NCBI GenBank assembly: GCA_963633095.1
Contig: CAVGWP010000001.1
Location: 283-64,282, forward strand
Direction of reading: 5' to 3'
DNA from: a bacterium
GTDB lineage: Bacteria > Bacillota > Clostridia > Oscillospirales > Acutalibacteraceae
Length of the DNA: 64,000 bases
Below, in pieces: positions 17,491 to 26,753 of this stretch. The notes beneath the pieces were generated by a model. It made no database searches. It was not told the origin of the DNA and saw only the letters and a program-made list of their open reading frames with translations. Each line of letters opens with the position of its first letter. The stretch's first letter is position 1. A program made the translations under genes and the position numbers.

Positions 17491-17524
17491 AAACGAGCGG
17501 ACATTTTCTCCGCTCGTTTTTTTG
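17491..17524 (+). terminator. Riboswitch expression-platform terminator
   Basis: AAACGAGCGGA and TCCGCTCGTTT pair perfectly, followed by TTTTT, directly after the aptamer. Confidence 0.85.
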
Positions 17525-17553
17525 CGCTGACGAAAAGAAAGGAAAGACTGAAA

Positions 17554-18381
17554 ATGAAAACAAAAGTAAGACCGATAGTATGGCTGACGGAGAGTGCCGT
17601 TATGATCGCTCTCGCAACAGTGCTGAGCTTTATAAAGCTGCTCGATCTGCCTTATGGAGGCAGTATCACAATAGGCAGTATGCTCCCGATGATCGTTATC
17701 GCTTATCGCTACGGTGTCGGCAGAGGCATGATAACGGGCTTGGTATACAGCGTGATCCAGCTTCTGTGCGGTATCGGCACACTCGAATATGCAACCTCAT
17801 ATAATGCGGCAATTGCGATAATTATGCTCGATTACATTATCGCATTCACGGTAACAGGTTTCGGCGGCGTTTTTCGCAACAAACTCAAAAACGATCAGAC
17901 CGCAGAGCTTATCTCCGGTGCGGTGCTCGTCTGCCTGCTCAGGTATATATGCCATGTGATATCGGGGTGCACGGTTTGGGCAGGCGTATCCATACCCAGC
18001 ACCGACGGGCTTATATATTCGCTGTCCTACAATGCAACCTATATGATCCCCGAAACGGTCATAGTTGTTGTGATTTTGTGGTATGTATCGGGGATTGTTG
18101 ATTTTCGATCCGAAAATCTCCGCCCGACAGTCCGCAAAAAGACAAAATCTCCGGCGGCTCTTGTCCTGGGCTCGATCGGTTGGCTCTGCGCCGTCGGCGC
18201 AGTAATATACGACACCGTAGCGGTGTTCGGTGCTCTTCAGAATCCCGATTCGGGCGAATTCGATTTCTCGCTTATAGGAACCGCTCCGTGGTGCGTTATC
18301 GGTATCGTGACTGGCGTTTGTGCCGTAATTTGTGCTGCTTTGCTTATAATCTCGCACAACTGCCGCAAAGCTGAAAAGTAA
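17554..18381 (+). CDS. thiT: ECF-transporter S component for thiamine (ThiT-like) with extra C-terminal TM region
   Basis: Polytopic membrane protein immediately downstream of the TPP riboswitch. Its N-terminal approximately 190 aa resemble ThiT (LTESAVMIALATVLS..., GGSITIGSMLP). At 275 aa it is longer than typical ThiT. Confidence 0.7.
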   Translation: MKTKVRPIVWLTESAVMIALATVLSFIKLLDLPYGGSITIGSMLPMIVIAYRYGVGRGMITGLVYSVIQLLCGIGTLEYATSYNAAIAIIMLDYIIAFTVTGFGGVFRNKLKNDQTAELISGAVLVCLLRYICHVISGCTVWAGVSIPSTDGLIYSLSYNATYMIPETVIVVVILWYVSGIVDFRSENLRPTVRKKTKSPAALVLGSIGWLCAVGAVIYDTVAVFGALQNPDSGEFDFSLIGTAPWCVIGIVTGVCAVICAALLIISHNCRKAEK

Positions 18382-18467
18382 AATCGTAAAAAATATTGCA
18401 AAAGCAGAATGTTTCTGTCATAATAGACTGTGGGGAGACCCGCAGTCTTTTTTTGAGGTGTGAAGAA

Positions 18468-19115
18468 ATGTATAAAGGCGCGATTTTCGATATGGACGGC
18501 ACATTGCTTGATTCTATGCATATGTGGCGCACGCTCGGCAGCAGCTTTCTTAAGGAACACGGTATCGTTGTCACCGACGAGCTGTTTCATCAGCTCGAGC
18601 ATATGCGGCTTGAGGAGGCGGCTCGGTATTTTGCGGAAAACTATGAGCAGTTTCGTGATCTTACCGTCGAGCAGGCTTTTAATTATTGGTTCAAAAAGAT
18701 CGGCGATGAATACCGCACGAATATAAAAGTGAAAGGCCATTCCGATGAATTTTTGCGCTATCTTAAATCCAAAGGTGTAAAGACGGCGGTCGCCAGCGTG
18801 ACGGATAAGCCGCTTATTGAAACTGCGCTTTCAGAGCACAATATGCTCGATTGCTTCGATTATATCACCTGCACGGGAGAAGTCGGCAGGGATAAGCATT
18901 TCCCTGATATTTATTTTAAGTGCACGAATGAGCTCGGGCTCGAAATTTCCGAATGCGCCGTGTTTGAGGACAGCTTGTATGCCGCAAAAACAGCAGCGGC
19001 GGCAGGATTCTACACAGTCGGAATGTTCGATAAATACACATCGGGCAGCGAAGCCGAGTTTGCGGCGGTGTGCGATATCGTTGTGCATGATTGGCGTGAG
19101 CTTATAAATGAGTGA
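18468..19115 (+). CDS. HAD-superfamily hydrolase (phosphatase, subfamily IA-like)
   Basis: Motif I is FDMDGTLLDS. Start is ATG 18468 after GAGGTG; the ORF-track extension from 18396 lacks an RBS. Confidence 0.8.
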   Translation: MYKGAIFDMDGTLLDSMHMWRTLGSSFLKEHGIVVTDELFHQLEHMRLEEAARYFAENYEQFRDLTVEQAFNYWFKKIGDEYRTNIKVKGHSDEFLRYLKSKGVKTAVASVTDKPLIETALSEHNMLDCFDYITCTGEVGRDKHFPDIYFKCTNELGLEISECAVFEDSLYAAKTAAAAGFYTVGMFDKYTSGSEAEFAAVCDIVVHDWRELINE

Positions 19116-19989
19116 GTGCAGACTTTGCCCGAGGCTTTGCGGGGCTGACAGAAGCCGCGGCGTCGGATTTTGCGGTGCTCGCGATAAAGCGGTCGTTGCA
19201 AGAGCGAGCCTTCATAAATGGGAAGAGCCGTGCGTTTCGGTCGGCTCGGGCGCGGGCACGATATTTTTCTCCCTTTGCAATCTTCGCTGTGTTTTCTGCC
19301 AGAATGTCGATATTTCGCACAGTAAAAAAGGCAAAGAGCTGTCCGACAGCGAGCTTGCCGAGCTGATGCTGAAGCTTCAAAAAAACGGCGCAGATAATAT
19401 CGATCTTGTAACGCCGACTCCATATGCCGAGAATATCCGCTCGGCTGTCGCACTTATAAAAGATCGGCTTTTTATCCCCGTTATCTATAACTGCTCTGGC
19501 TATGAACTTAAAAGCACTGTTGCGAGCCTTAAAGGCACAGTCGATATTTTTCTCACCGATATTAAGTTTAAAGACAGCGAAAAAAGCAGAAGATATCTTA
19601 AAGCGTTCGATTATTACAATGCCGCTGTCTCATCGCTTTCTGCGATGATCGAAACAGTCGGCAAGCCGAAATTCAGCGGCGATAAGCTTATATCCGGCGT
19701 GATAGTGCGCCATCTTGTTATGCCGGGGTGCTACCGCGATTCGCTTGAGATCCTGAATGATCTGAAAGAAAGGTTCGGCACGGATAGCTTTATTTTGTCG
19801 CTTATGAGCCAGTATATCCCGTGCGGCGACCTGTCGGACTTTCCGGAGATCGACCGCAGGATCACATCATTTGAATACAAAAAAGTGACCGACCGCGCAG
19901 CCGACCTCGGCTTTCGCGGCTACACTCAGCAGCGCGGCAGTGCCGATACCGACTACATACCCGATTTTTCAGACGGAGGCGTTTTATGA
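19108..19989 (+). CDS. Radical SAM protein (PflX/activase-like)
   Basis: CNLRCVFCQN is a CxxxCxxC cluster motif. It overlaps the HAD gene by 8 nt and the next gene by 4 nt. Confidence 0.8.
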   Translation: MSECRLCPRLCGADRSRGVGFCGARDKAVVARASLHKWEEPCVSVGSGAGTIFFSLCNLRCVFCQNVDISHSKKGKELSDSELAELMLKLQKNGADNIDLVTPTPYAENIRSAVALIKDRLFIPVIYNCSGYELKSTVASLKGTVDIFLTDIKFKDSEKSRRYLKAFDYYNAAVSSLSAMIETVGKPKFSGDKLISGVIVRHLVMPGCYRDSLEILNDLKERFGTDSFILSLMSQYIPCGDLSDFPEIDRRITSFEYKKVTDRAADLGFRGYTQQRGSADTDYIPDFSDGGVL

Positions 19990-21155
19990 AAATAAAAATA
20001 CAGAAAAAAGCGGCGGTGTTCACAGCGGCGGCAGTAATGATTTCGTTTGCGGCAGGCTTTTGCGTATCGCATTTTCTTTTTCCAAACGACATAAAGTATG
20101 ATAAGATAATCAGCCTAATGGATAAGTATTATCTTTATGATTTTGATAAAGATGCACTTAAAGACGGTGCGTACAGCGGCGTAGTTGCCGCCCTCGGCGA
20201 TGATTATTCCTATTATTATAATGAAGAAGCGGCGGCGGATAAAAAGCAGTCGGACGCAGGCAAAGCCGTTATGCTCGGCATAATGCTCTCGCGTCACCCC
20301 GACACAAACGCTCTCACAGTGACCTATGTCCATTCAAATTCGCCTGCGAAAAAGGCAGGTATTCAAAAGGGCGATGTCATAACTGCGATCAACGGCGAGA
20401 GCACCGACGATCTCAGTGTTTCCGATTCGGCGGCTCTTATAAAAAAGGAGGAGGGCGCCGAATGTACCCTCGATATACTCCGCGATAACAGTAAAATGAC
20501 GATAGAGTGCGAGCTTTTTGAATTTGTTGAAGACTCGGTGAGATACCGTATGCTCGGCAGTATCGGCTATATTTATATCAGCGGATTTGATCAGAGCACG
20601 CCCGAACAGTTCAAGACTGCGCTCGAATATGTAAACGGGCAAAACGCCGATTCGCTGATAATCGATTTGCGAAACGACCTCGGCGGACTTACCGCTGCGC
20701 TTAAAGACACCCTGCAGTCGATCTACCCCGATTCGGATATTGTGAGAGTTAAAGATAAAAACGGCAATATATCGGTCAGCGAGCGCACAGGCAGCGGCGA
20801 CGAATATCAAAACCCGATAGTCGCTCTCACAAACGGCTACACCGCAAGCTCCGCGGAGCTGTTCTCGCTCGCAGTGAGGGAACACGGCGGCGCGCTCATC
20901 GGAGATAAAACCTACGGCAAGGGTGTCGTTCAGACAACATATACGCTGTGGGACGGCTCGGCGGTCAAGCTGACAACGGGCTTGCTTGTCGATAAAAACG
21001 GAGAAAGCTATAATAAAAAGGGCATTGAGCCCGATGTTTCGGTGCCGCAAAGCGAGAAGGCTCAGAAGTATGCGGCGTTTCTCAGCGATGAGGACGATAC
21101 GCAGCTGCAAGCCGCAATTTCTTATTTGAAAGACAAAAAATCGGCAAAAAAATAA
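19986..21155 (+). CDS. ctpA: S41-family C-terminal processing peptidase with PDZ domain, membrane anchored
   Basis: N-terminal TM helix, PDZ segment (AKKAGIQKGDVITAINGES) and an S41 core (LRNDLGGL...TASSAELF...GDKTYGKG). Confidence 0.85.
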   Translation: MKIKIQKKAAVFTAAAVMISFAAGFCVSHFLFPNDIKYDKIISLMDKYYLYDFDKDALKDGAYSGVVAALGDDYSYYYNEEAAADKKQSDAGKAVMLGIMLSRHPDTNALTVTYVHSNSPAKKAGIQKGDVITAINGESTDDLSVSDSAALIKKEEGAECTLDILRDNSKMTIECELFEFVEDSVRYRMLGSIGYIYISGFDQSTPEQFKTALEYVNGQNADSLIIDLRNDLGGLTAALKDTLQSIYPDSDIVRVKDKNGNISVSERTGSGDEYQNPIVALTNGYTASSAELFSLAVREHGGALIGDKTYGKGVVQTTYTLWDGSAVKLTTGLLVDKNGESYNKKGIEPDVSVPQSEKAQKYAAFLSDEDDTQLQAAISYLKDKKSAKK

Positions 21156-21246
21156 AAATGTGTTTTAAATGCGTTAAAAAAATATTCACTTTATTTTTGA
21201 AAACAGAGGTATAATAAGTACAGAAAGTTCATCAGGAGGGATTTTT

Positions 21247-21951
21247 ATGAGCGGGAAAATAAAAGTAATGGTCGTGGACGATGATAATAATATCTGCGAG
21301 TATCTGCGGCTTTATCTCGAAAAAGAGGGCTATGATGTCATGATCTGCCACGACGGTCAGGAGGCAATAGATAATTTTCAGAAATACTCGCCGTCGCTCA
21401 TTCTGCTCGATGTTATGATGCCGAAGCTCGACGGATGGCAGACCTGCCGCGATATCCGCAAGACATCGGATGTCCCCGTTATCATGATAACCGCCAAGGG
21501 CGAGACTTTTGATAAGGTGCTCGGTCTTGAGATCGGAGCGGACGATTATATCGTCAAGCCGTTTGAAGCAAAGGAGGTTATCGCAAGAGTCAAGGCGGTT
21601 CTCCGCAGAAGCGGCGGCAACAATTCCGATAATGTCAAGCGTGTAGAATACGATAAGCTAATTATCAACCTTACAAACTACGAGATGATAGTAAACGGCA
21701 AGCAGGTCGATACTCCGCCTAAGGAGCTTGAGCTTATCTATCATCTTGCGTCCAACCCCAATAAGGTCTACACCCGCGATCAGCTTCTTGACGAGGTATG
21801 GGGATTCGACTACTACGGCGACAGCCGAACGGTCGATGTTCATGTTAAAAGACTCAGAGAAAAGCTTGAGAATGTGTCGGATCAGTGGAGTCTTGAAACA
21901 GTCTGGGGCAGAGGCTATAAGTTCAAGACCAACGACATATCTGCTCAATGA
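21247..21951 (+). CDS. OmpR-family response regulator
   Basis: Receiver domain (VVDDD...LLDVMMPKLDG...KG) plus a winged-helix output domain (RTVDVHVKRLREKL). RBS AGGAGG. Confidence 0.93.
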   Translation: MSGKIKVMVVDDDNNICEYLRLYLEKEGYDVMICHDGQEAIDNFQKYSPSLILLDVMMPKLDGWQTCRDIRKTSDVPVIMITAKGETFDKVLGLEIGADDYIVKPFEAKEVIARVKAVLRRSGGNNSDNVKRVEYDKLIINLTNYEMIVNGKQVDTPPKELELIYHLASNPNKVYTRDQLLDEVWGFDYYGDSRTVDVHVKRLREKLENVSDQWSLETVWGRGYKFKTNDISAQ

Positions 21952-23393
21952 GGGCGAAAAACAGTATCTTCTTTAAATATTTCTCAATAACGGCGACAAT
22001 TCTGCTTTGCAGCTTTGTGATATACAGCTCGATACTTATCGTGTATTCACGAACTCAGTGGATCAATGAGAAAAACTATATTCTCGGCAGAAATGTCCGC
22101 ACAATAGCCGAGCAGACCGAGCAGTCGCTCAATAACAACAGCTTCAGCCAGCAAACGAGCAAGCTGCTCGATATTTCGGGCGATATTGTCGGTGCGGAAA
22201 TATTCATAGCAGATACTTCCGGAGATTATATTTCCTGCAGTCATCCGCAGTCGGAGGATTGCTCCCATAAATCAAACACTATCCCGAGCGATCTTATGAA
22301 CAAGATAAATTCGGGAGAGGATGTCTATGCATTCGGAACAGTCGGCAGTATGTACCAAAGCGGGCACTACACCGTCGGCACCCCGATATATTACGGCGGC
22401 AAGGTCGCAGGCGGCGTTTTTGCAAGCGTGCCGAGTGCCGATCTGAACGGCTATATCGGAGAGCTTGTCCGCATAATTCTCATCTGTGCGCTGATAGTTA
22501 TGCTCATGGCGTTTGTCGCTATATATATCGTCACGGCGCAGCTCACCCGCCCGATCCGTCTTATGGCTCAGGCGGCAAGGAAGCTTGAGCAGGGCGAATT
22601 TATTCAGAGTATACCTATCGAAAGCCGCGACGAGATCGGACTTTTATCGGAGGAATTTAACCGAATGTCCAAGTCGCTCGCGTCGCTTGAGAATATGCGC
22701 CGAAGCTTTATATCGAGCGTGTCGCACGAGTTAAAGACACCGATGACGACTATCTCCGGCTTTGTTGACGGCATTTTGGACGGAACGATACCGCCCGAGC
22801 GGCAGGAGAAATATCTCAAAATAGTTTCCGATGAAACCAAAAGGCTGTCGCGGCTTGTTAACTCCATGCTTCAGCTCTCAAAGCTCGAAAATGAGGAAAT
22901 GAAGCTGAATATAACTACCTTCAACGCGACTGATATGCTGCTTCAGATTTTGTTCTCATTTGAAGACAAGGTCGAGAAAAAGAAGATCGACATACGCGGA
23001 CTTGACGATATGCTCACCGTTTTTCTTTCCGCAGATAAGGATCTTTTGTATCAGGTCGTGTATAATATCACCGAGAACGCCGTTAAATTCACACCCGAGG
23101 GCGGCTATATAGAGTTTGATATGCGGCTTGTAAAGGACGAAGTCCACCTTTCGGTCAAAAACTCGGGCGAGGGACTGACCGAAGAAGAGCTCTCAAAGAT
23201 CTTCGAGCGTTTTTATAAGACTGACCGCTCAAGAAGCGAGGACAAAACAGGCATGGGCTTCGGGCTGTATATTGTCAAAATGATAGTAAAACTTCATAAA
23301 GGCAATGTCAGAGCAACAAGTGTCAAAGGCGAGTATACCTGCTTTGAGGTCACTTTGCCCAACGCTATGACGCAAAAGCAGATAGAACGATAA
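21948..23393 (+). CDS. Sensor histidine kinase (2 TM, HAMP, HisKA, HATPase_c)
   Basis: H-box FISSVSHELKTP, N-box ENAVKFT, and G-boxes GEGL and GMGFGLYIV. It overlaps the regulator gene by 4 nt. Confidence 0.93.
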   Translation: MRAKNSIFFKYFSITATILLCSFVIYSSILIVYSRTQWINEKNYILGRNVRTIAEQTEQSLNNNSFSQQTSKLLDISGDIVGAEIFIADTSGDYISCSHPQSEDCSHKSNTIPSDLMNKINSGEDVYAFGTVGSMYQSGHYTVGTPIYYGGKVAGGVFASVPSADLNGYIGELVRIILICALIVMLMAFVAIYIVTAQLTRPIRLMAQAARKLEQGEFIQSIPIESRDEIGLLSEEFNRMSKSLASLENMRRSFISSVSHELKTPMTTISGFVDGILDGTIPPERQEKYLKIVSDETKRLSRLVNSMLQLSKLENEEMKLNITTFNATDMLLQILFSFEDKVEKKKIDIRGLDDMLTVFLSADKDLLYQVVYNITENAVKFTPEGGYIEFDMRLVKDEVHLSVKNSGEGLTEEELSKIFERFYKTDRSRSEDKTGMGFGLYIVKMIVKLHKGNVRATSVKGEYTCFEVTLPNAMTQKQIER

Positions 23394-23422
23394 TTTATTC
23401 TTTTTGAAAGGGATTGAAGATA

Positions 23423-25000
23423 ATGAACGAATTCGATAACAAATTCGGTGAAGAAGCAAAAGAAGCCGAACAGCCGACCGAGGCGGCAGCACCCGAAGAG
23501 CAGGCAAAATGTGCACCCGAAGAGCCGACTGCCGAGCCCGAGCAGCCCGCCGAGCCTCAGCCTGAACAGCCGCAAAACACAGGCTATCAAAGCACAAATT
23601 ATCAGGGCGGCTATTATCAAGGCGGCTATCAGAATACCGATCATCAGACTCAAAACACCTATCAAAACGGCTACGGATATTATGCTCCGAAACAGCCGAA
23701 TCAGCCGCCGCAAGGTGCGCCGAAGTCCCCGACAGGTGGTAAAAAGTCGGGCGGATTCAAGGTTTTCTGTGTGCTGCTTGCACTTGCAGTCGCGCTCACA
23801 GTCGGCGCGGGCGTAGGCTATATCATCGGTGGAAGCGGCTCAAGCACCGATCAGTTCGCATCGGCACAGTCCACACCGACCGATATCACTTTTATTGAGA
23901 ATAAGGTTCCCACAAAAGAGGGCATAGAAGCCGATGCAAACGGTAACTATACCGTATCGCAGGTCGCGTCGCTTGTGTCGCCGTCGGTAGTCAGCGTCTG
24001 CACCTATTCGGGCGATACTTCGAGCAGCAGCGGCACAACAACAACGAGCATTTCGTCCGGTGTTATCATCGATAAAAGCGGCTATGTCATCAGCAATGAT
24101 CACATCTATGCCGAGATCCCCAATGCGCAATTTGTTGTGACACTTTACGATAACCGCAGCTATAAAGCTTCGTTTGTCGCCGGCGATCAGAAAAGCGATA
24201 TCTGCGTTTTGAAGATCGAGGGCGCGACCGATCTCACTCCCGCTTCGTTCGGCGAGTCGGATAAGGTGAGCCAGGGCGATACAGTTGTTGCGATCGGCAC
24301 ACCCTACGGTATGTCGAACTCGGTCACAAGCGGTATAATCTCCGCCGCAAACCGCCGTATTCGCAAATCGGCGACTGATTCAAGCTCGCAGTCGTCCTCC
24401 TCGACATCGTCTTATACAATGCGCGTTATCCAGACCGACACTGCTATCAACCAGGGCAACTCGGGCGGCGCGCTTGTCAACCTCAAGGGTCAGGTCATCG
24501 GTATCAACTCATCGAAGATCGTTGCCGACACTTATGAGGGTATGTGCTTTGCGATCCCGTCCAACGACGCTGTAAGCGTTGCTAAAAACCTTATCGCAAA
24601 TAAAAAGGTCGTCGGCAGAGCAAAGCTCGGCATTTCCTATGTTGAGATCTCAACCGCTTCCGCAGTTGTGAATAATGTTCCGAGCGGACTTATGATCGCC
24701 TCGATCGACTCCGACAGCGGACTTTACAATAAAGGTTTCAATGAGAACGATATTATCTGCGAAATCGACGGCAAGGAGATAACCAGTGCCGATATTGCAC
24801 TTGATGTCATTGCTGATAAGACCGCGGGCGACACTGTTAAATTGAAGATATATTCATCGTCCACAGGACAGTATAGCACGGTTACTGTCAAGCTGCTTGA
24901 GGATCAGAGCGTTTCGAGTTATACAACTCAAAGCTCGACCGAAAGCTCGCAAAATCCGTTCAAGCTCCAGCCGACAACTACCAAAGCATCGGCAAGATGA
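23423..25000 (+). CDS. htrA: HtrA/DegP-family serine protease with PDZ domain and Q/Y/P-rich N-terminal region
   Basis: Catalytic-triad context (SNDH...DICVLK...GNSGGALVN) with one TM helix and a C-terminal PDZ domain. Start is ATG 23423, 9 nt after AAAGGGA. Confidence 0.9.
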   Translation: MNEFDNKFGEEAKEAEQPTEAAAPEEQAKCAPEEPTAEPEQPAEPQPEQPQNTGYQSTNYQGGYYQGGYQNTDHQTQNTYQNGYGYYAPKQPNQPPQGAPKSPTGGKKSGGFKVFCVLLALAVALTVGAGVGYIIGGSGSSTDQFASAQSTPTDITFIENKVPTKEGIEADANGNYTVSQVASLVSPSVVSVCTYSGDTSSSSGTTTTSISSGVIIDKSGYVISNDHIYAEIPNAQFVVTLYDNRSYKASFVAGDQKSDICVLKIEGATDLTPASFGESDKVSQGDTVVAIGTPYGMSNSVTSGIISAANRRIRKSATDSSSQSSSSTSSYTMRVIQTDTAINQGNSGGALVNLKGQVIGINSSKIVADTYEGMCFAIPSNDAVSVAKNLIANKKVVGRAKLGISYVEISTASAVVNNVPSGLMIASIDSDSGLYNKGFNENDIICEIDGKEITSADIALDVIADKTAGDTVKLKIYSSSTGQYSTVTVKLLEDQSVSSYTTQSSTESSQNPFKLQPTTTKASAR

Positions 25001-25075
25001 TCTAAAGCTGTTATACTGCCGATACCGAATAAACACAAAACGGCTCTTTGTTGTCTGCAAACGGATCGTAAATTA

Positions 25076-25108
25076 AAAAGCTGTACTTCAAAAAGTACAG
25101 CTTTTTTT
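25076..25108. terminator. Bidirectional intrinsic terminator
   Basis: AAAAAGCTGTACTT and AAGTACAGCTTTTT pair perfectly. It sits between the convergent htrA and acyl-CoA synthetase genes. Confidence 0.9.
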
Positions 25109-25112
25109 GATA

Positions 25113-26753
25113 TCACGATTTATCGTCTCCGCGGAGCTTTGCCCTGCGGATCTTTCCGCTTATAGTCTTAGGCAGCTCGCTCACAAATTCCACTATTCTC
25201 GGATATTTGTAGGGTGCGGTGCTTTCCTTGACATAGTCCTGCAATTCTTTTTTCAGACTGTCAGACGGTGCAAAACCGTTTTGCAGCACGATAGTCGCCT
25301 TAACGACATATCCGCGTTCTTCGTCGGGTACGCCTGTGACAGCACATTCGGCAACAGCGTTGTGCTTTATCAGCACATCCTCGATCTCAAACGGGCCGAT
25401 ACGATAACCGCTCGACTTGATAATATCGTCTTTTCTGCCGATATAGAAAATATAGCCGTCCTCATCCATATAAGCGACATCGCCTGTGTGGAAAACGCCG
25501 TCTACCCAGGCACGCGAATCGTTTGCGTCGCCGTTTTCAATGCAGATACCGAATCTATTTGCGTCCTTGGGATAAATGCAGATCTCGCCGTGCTCTCCGG
25601 GCGCGCACTGCTTGCCATCGTCATCAAGAATATGAACATCATAAAGCGGGTTCGGTCTGCCGATACTGCCCACCTTTGTCTTTTCGCCGACAAGGTTTCC
25701 GCACACCATAACAGTCTCTGTCTGACCGTATGCCTCTCGGATAAGCAGTCCTGTTGCTTCTCTGAAACGCTCGATAATAGCGGGGTTCAGCGACTCGCCT
25801 GCGGTCGTCACCTGATAGACCTTATCGAAGCAGTCGCCGTAGACCTCGTTTTTAACAATAAAGCGATAGATCGTCGGAGGAGCGCAGAAGCTCGTGACGC
25901 CGTATTTCTTAATGACCCTTGTCAGCTTGTCCGCTTCAAACTTCTCATAGTCGTAAACCATAACAGCACAGCCGCAAAGCCATTGACCGTAGATCTTGCC
26001 CCAGGAAGCCTTGCCCCAGCCCGTATCGGAAACGGTGAAGTGCAGTCCGCCGTTTTGAACGCCGTGCCAATAAAGCGCGGTTGGAATATGGCAGAGCGGA
26101 TAAGTGTAGTTGTGTGTGACCGCTTTCGGATAGCCTGTTGTGCCTGAGGTGAAGTAGATCATAAACGGCTCTTTGCGGTTTGTTTCAACACGCTCGAGCG
26201 TGTCGGGCATATCTTCAAGCTCTGTGTCGAGCCGGATAAAACCGTCTCTGTCGTCGCGGACATTGAAAAGATGAGTGAGTGTTTCACATTCGGGCTTTGA
26301 CGAAGCAACGCTCTCGATAATTGTGTTGTCCTGCGCGCAGACGATAGCCTTAACGCCGACCTTGTTCACACGGTACACAATGTCCTTTTTCTTCAGCATG
26401 TGAGTGGCGGGGATGACCACAGCACCGAGCTTGTGCAGGGCATTGATAACATACCAGTATTCGTAATGACGCTTGAGCATGAGCATAACTCTGTCGCCCT
26501 TGCCGATACCGTACTTCTGAAAAACATGAGCGGCTTTGTTTGAAAGCTTTGAAATATCCGAAAAAGTAAGCGTGCGTTCGTTGCCGTAGATATCGCACCA
26601 AACAAGTGCTGTCTTTTTCGGCTCTGCCGCAGCAATGGCGTCCACAACATCGTAGCCGAAATTGAAATTATCATTGCAGACGATCTCAAAGTTATTCAGT
26701 CTGCCGTTCTTATCAAAAGAAGAACGGCTGAATTTTTTATATAGGGGTTCCAT
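25113..26753 (-). CDS. AMP-forming acyl-CoA synthetase, medium/short-chain (ACSM/MACS-like)
   Basis: 546 aa with the AMP-binding motifs YFTSGTTGYPK, SDTGW and YGQTE, and the C-terminal SGKIRR. Its ATG shares one base with the accA stop (TAATG). Confidence 0.88.
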   Translation of the reverse strand: MEPLYKKFSRSSFDKNGRLNNFEIVCNDNFNFGYDVVDAIAAAEPKKTALVWCDIYGNERTLTFSDISKLSNKAAHVFQKYGIGKGDRVMLMLKRHYEYWYVINALHKLGAVVIPATHMLKKKDIVYRVNKVGVKAIVCAQDNTIIESVASSKPECETLTHLFNVRDDRDGFIRLDTELEDMPDTLERVETNRKEPFMIYFTSGTTGYPKAVTHNYTYPLCHIPTALYWHGVQNGGLHFTVSDTGWGKASWGKIYGQWLCGCAVMVYDYEKFEADKLTRVIKKYGVTSFCAPPTIYRFIVKNEVYGDCFDKVYQVTTAGESLNPAIIERFREATGLLIREAYGQTETVMVCGNLVGEKTKVGSIGRPNPLYDVHILDDDGKQCAPGEHGEICIYPKDANRFGICIENGDANDSRAWVDGVFHTGDVAYMDEDGYIFYIGRKDDIIKSSGYRIGPFEIEDVLIKHNAVAECAVTGVPDEERGYVVKATIVLQNGFAPSDSLKKELQDYVKESTAPYKYPRIVEFVSELPKTISGKIRRAKLRGDDKS

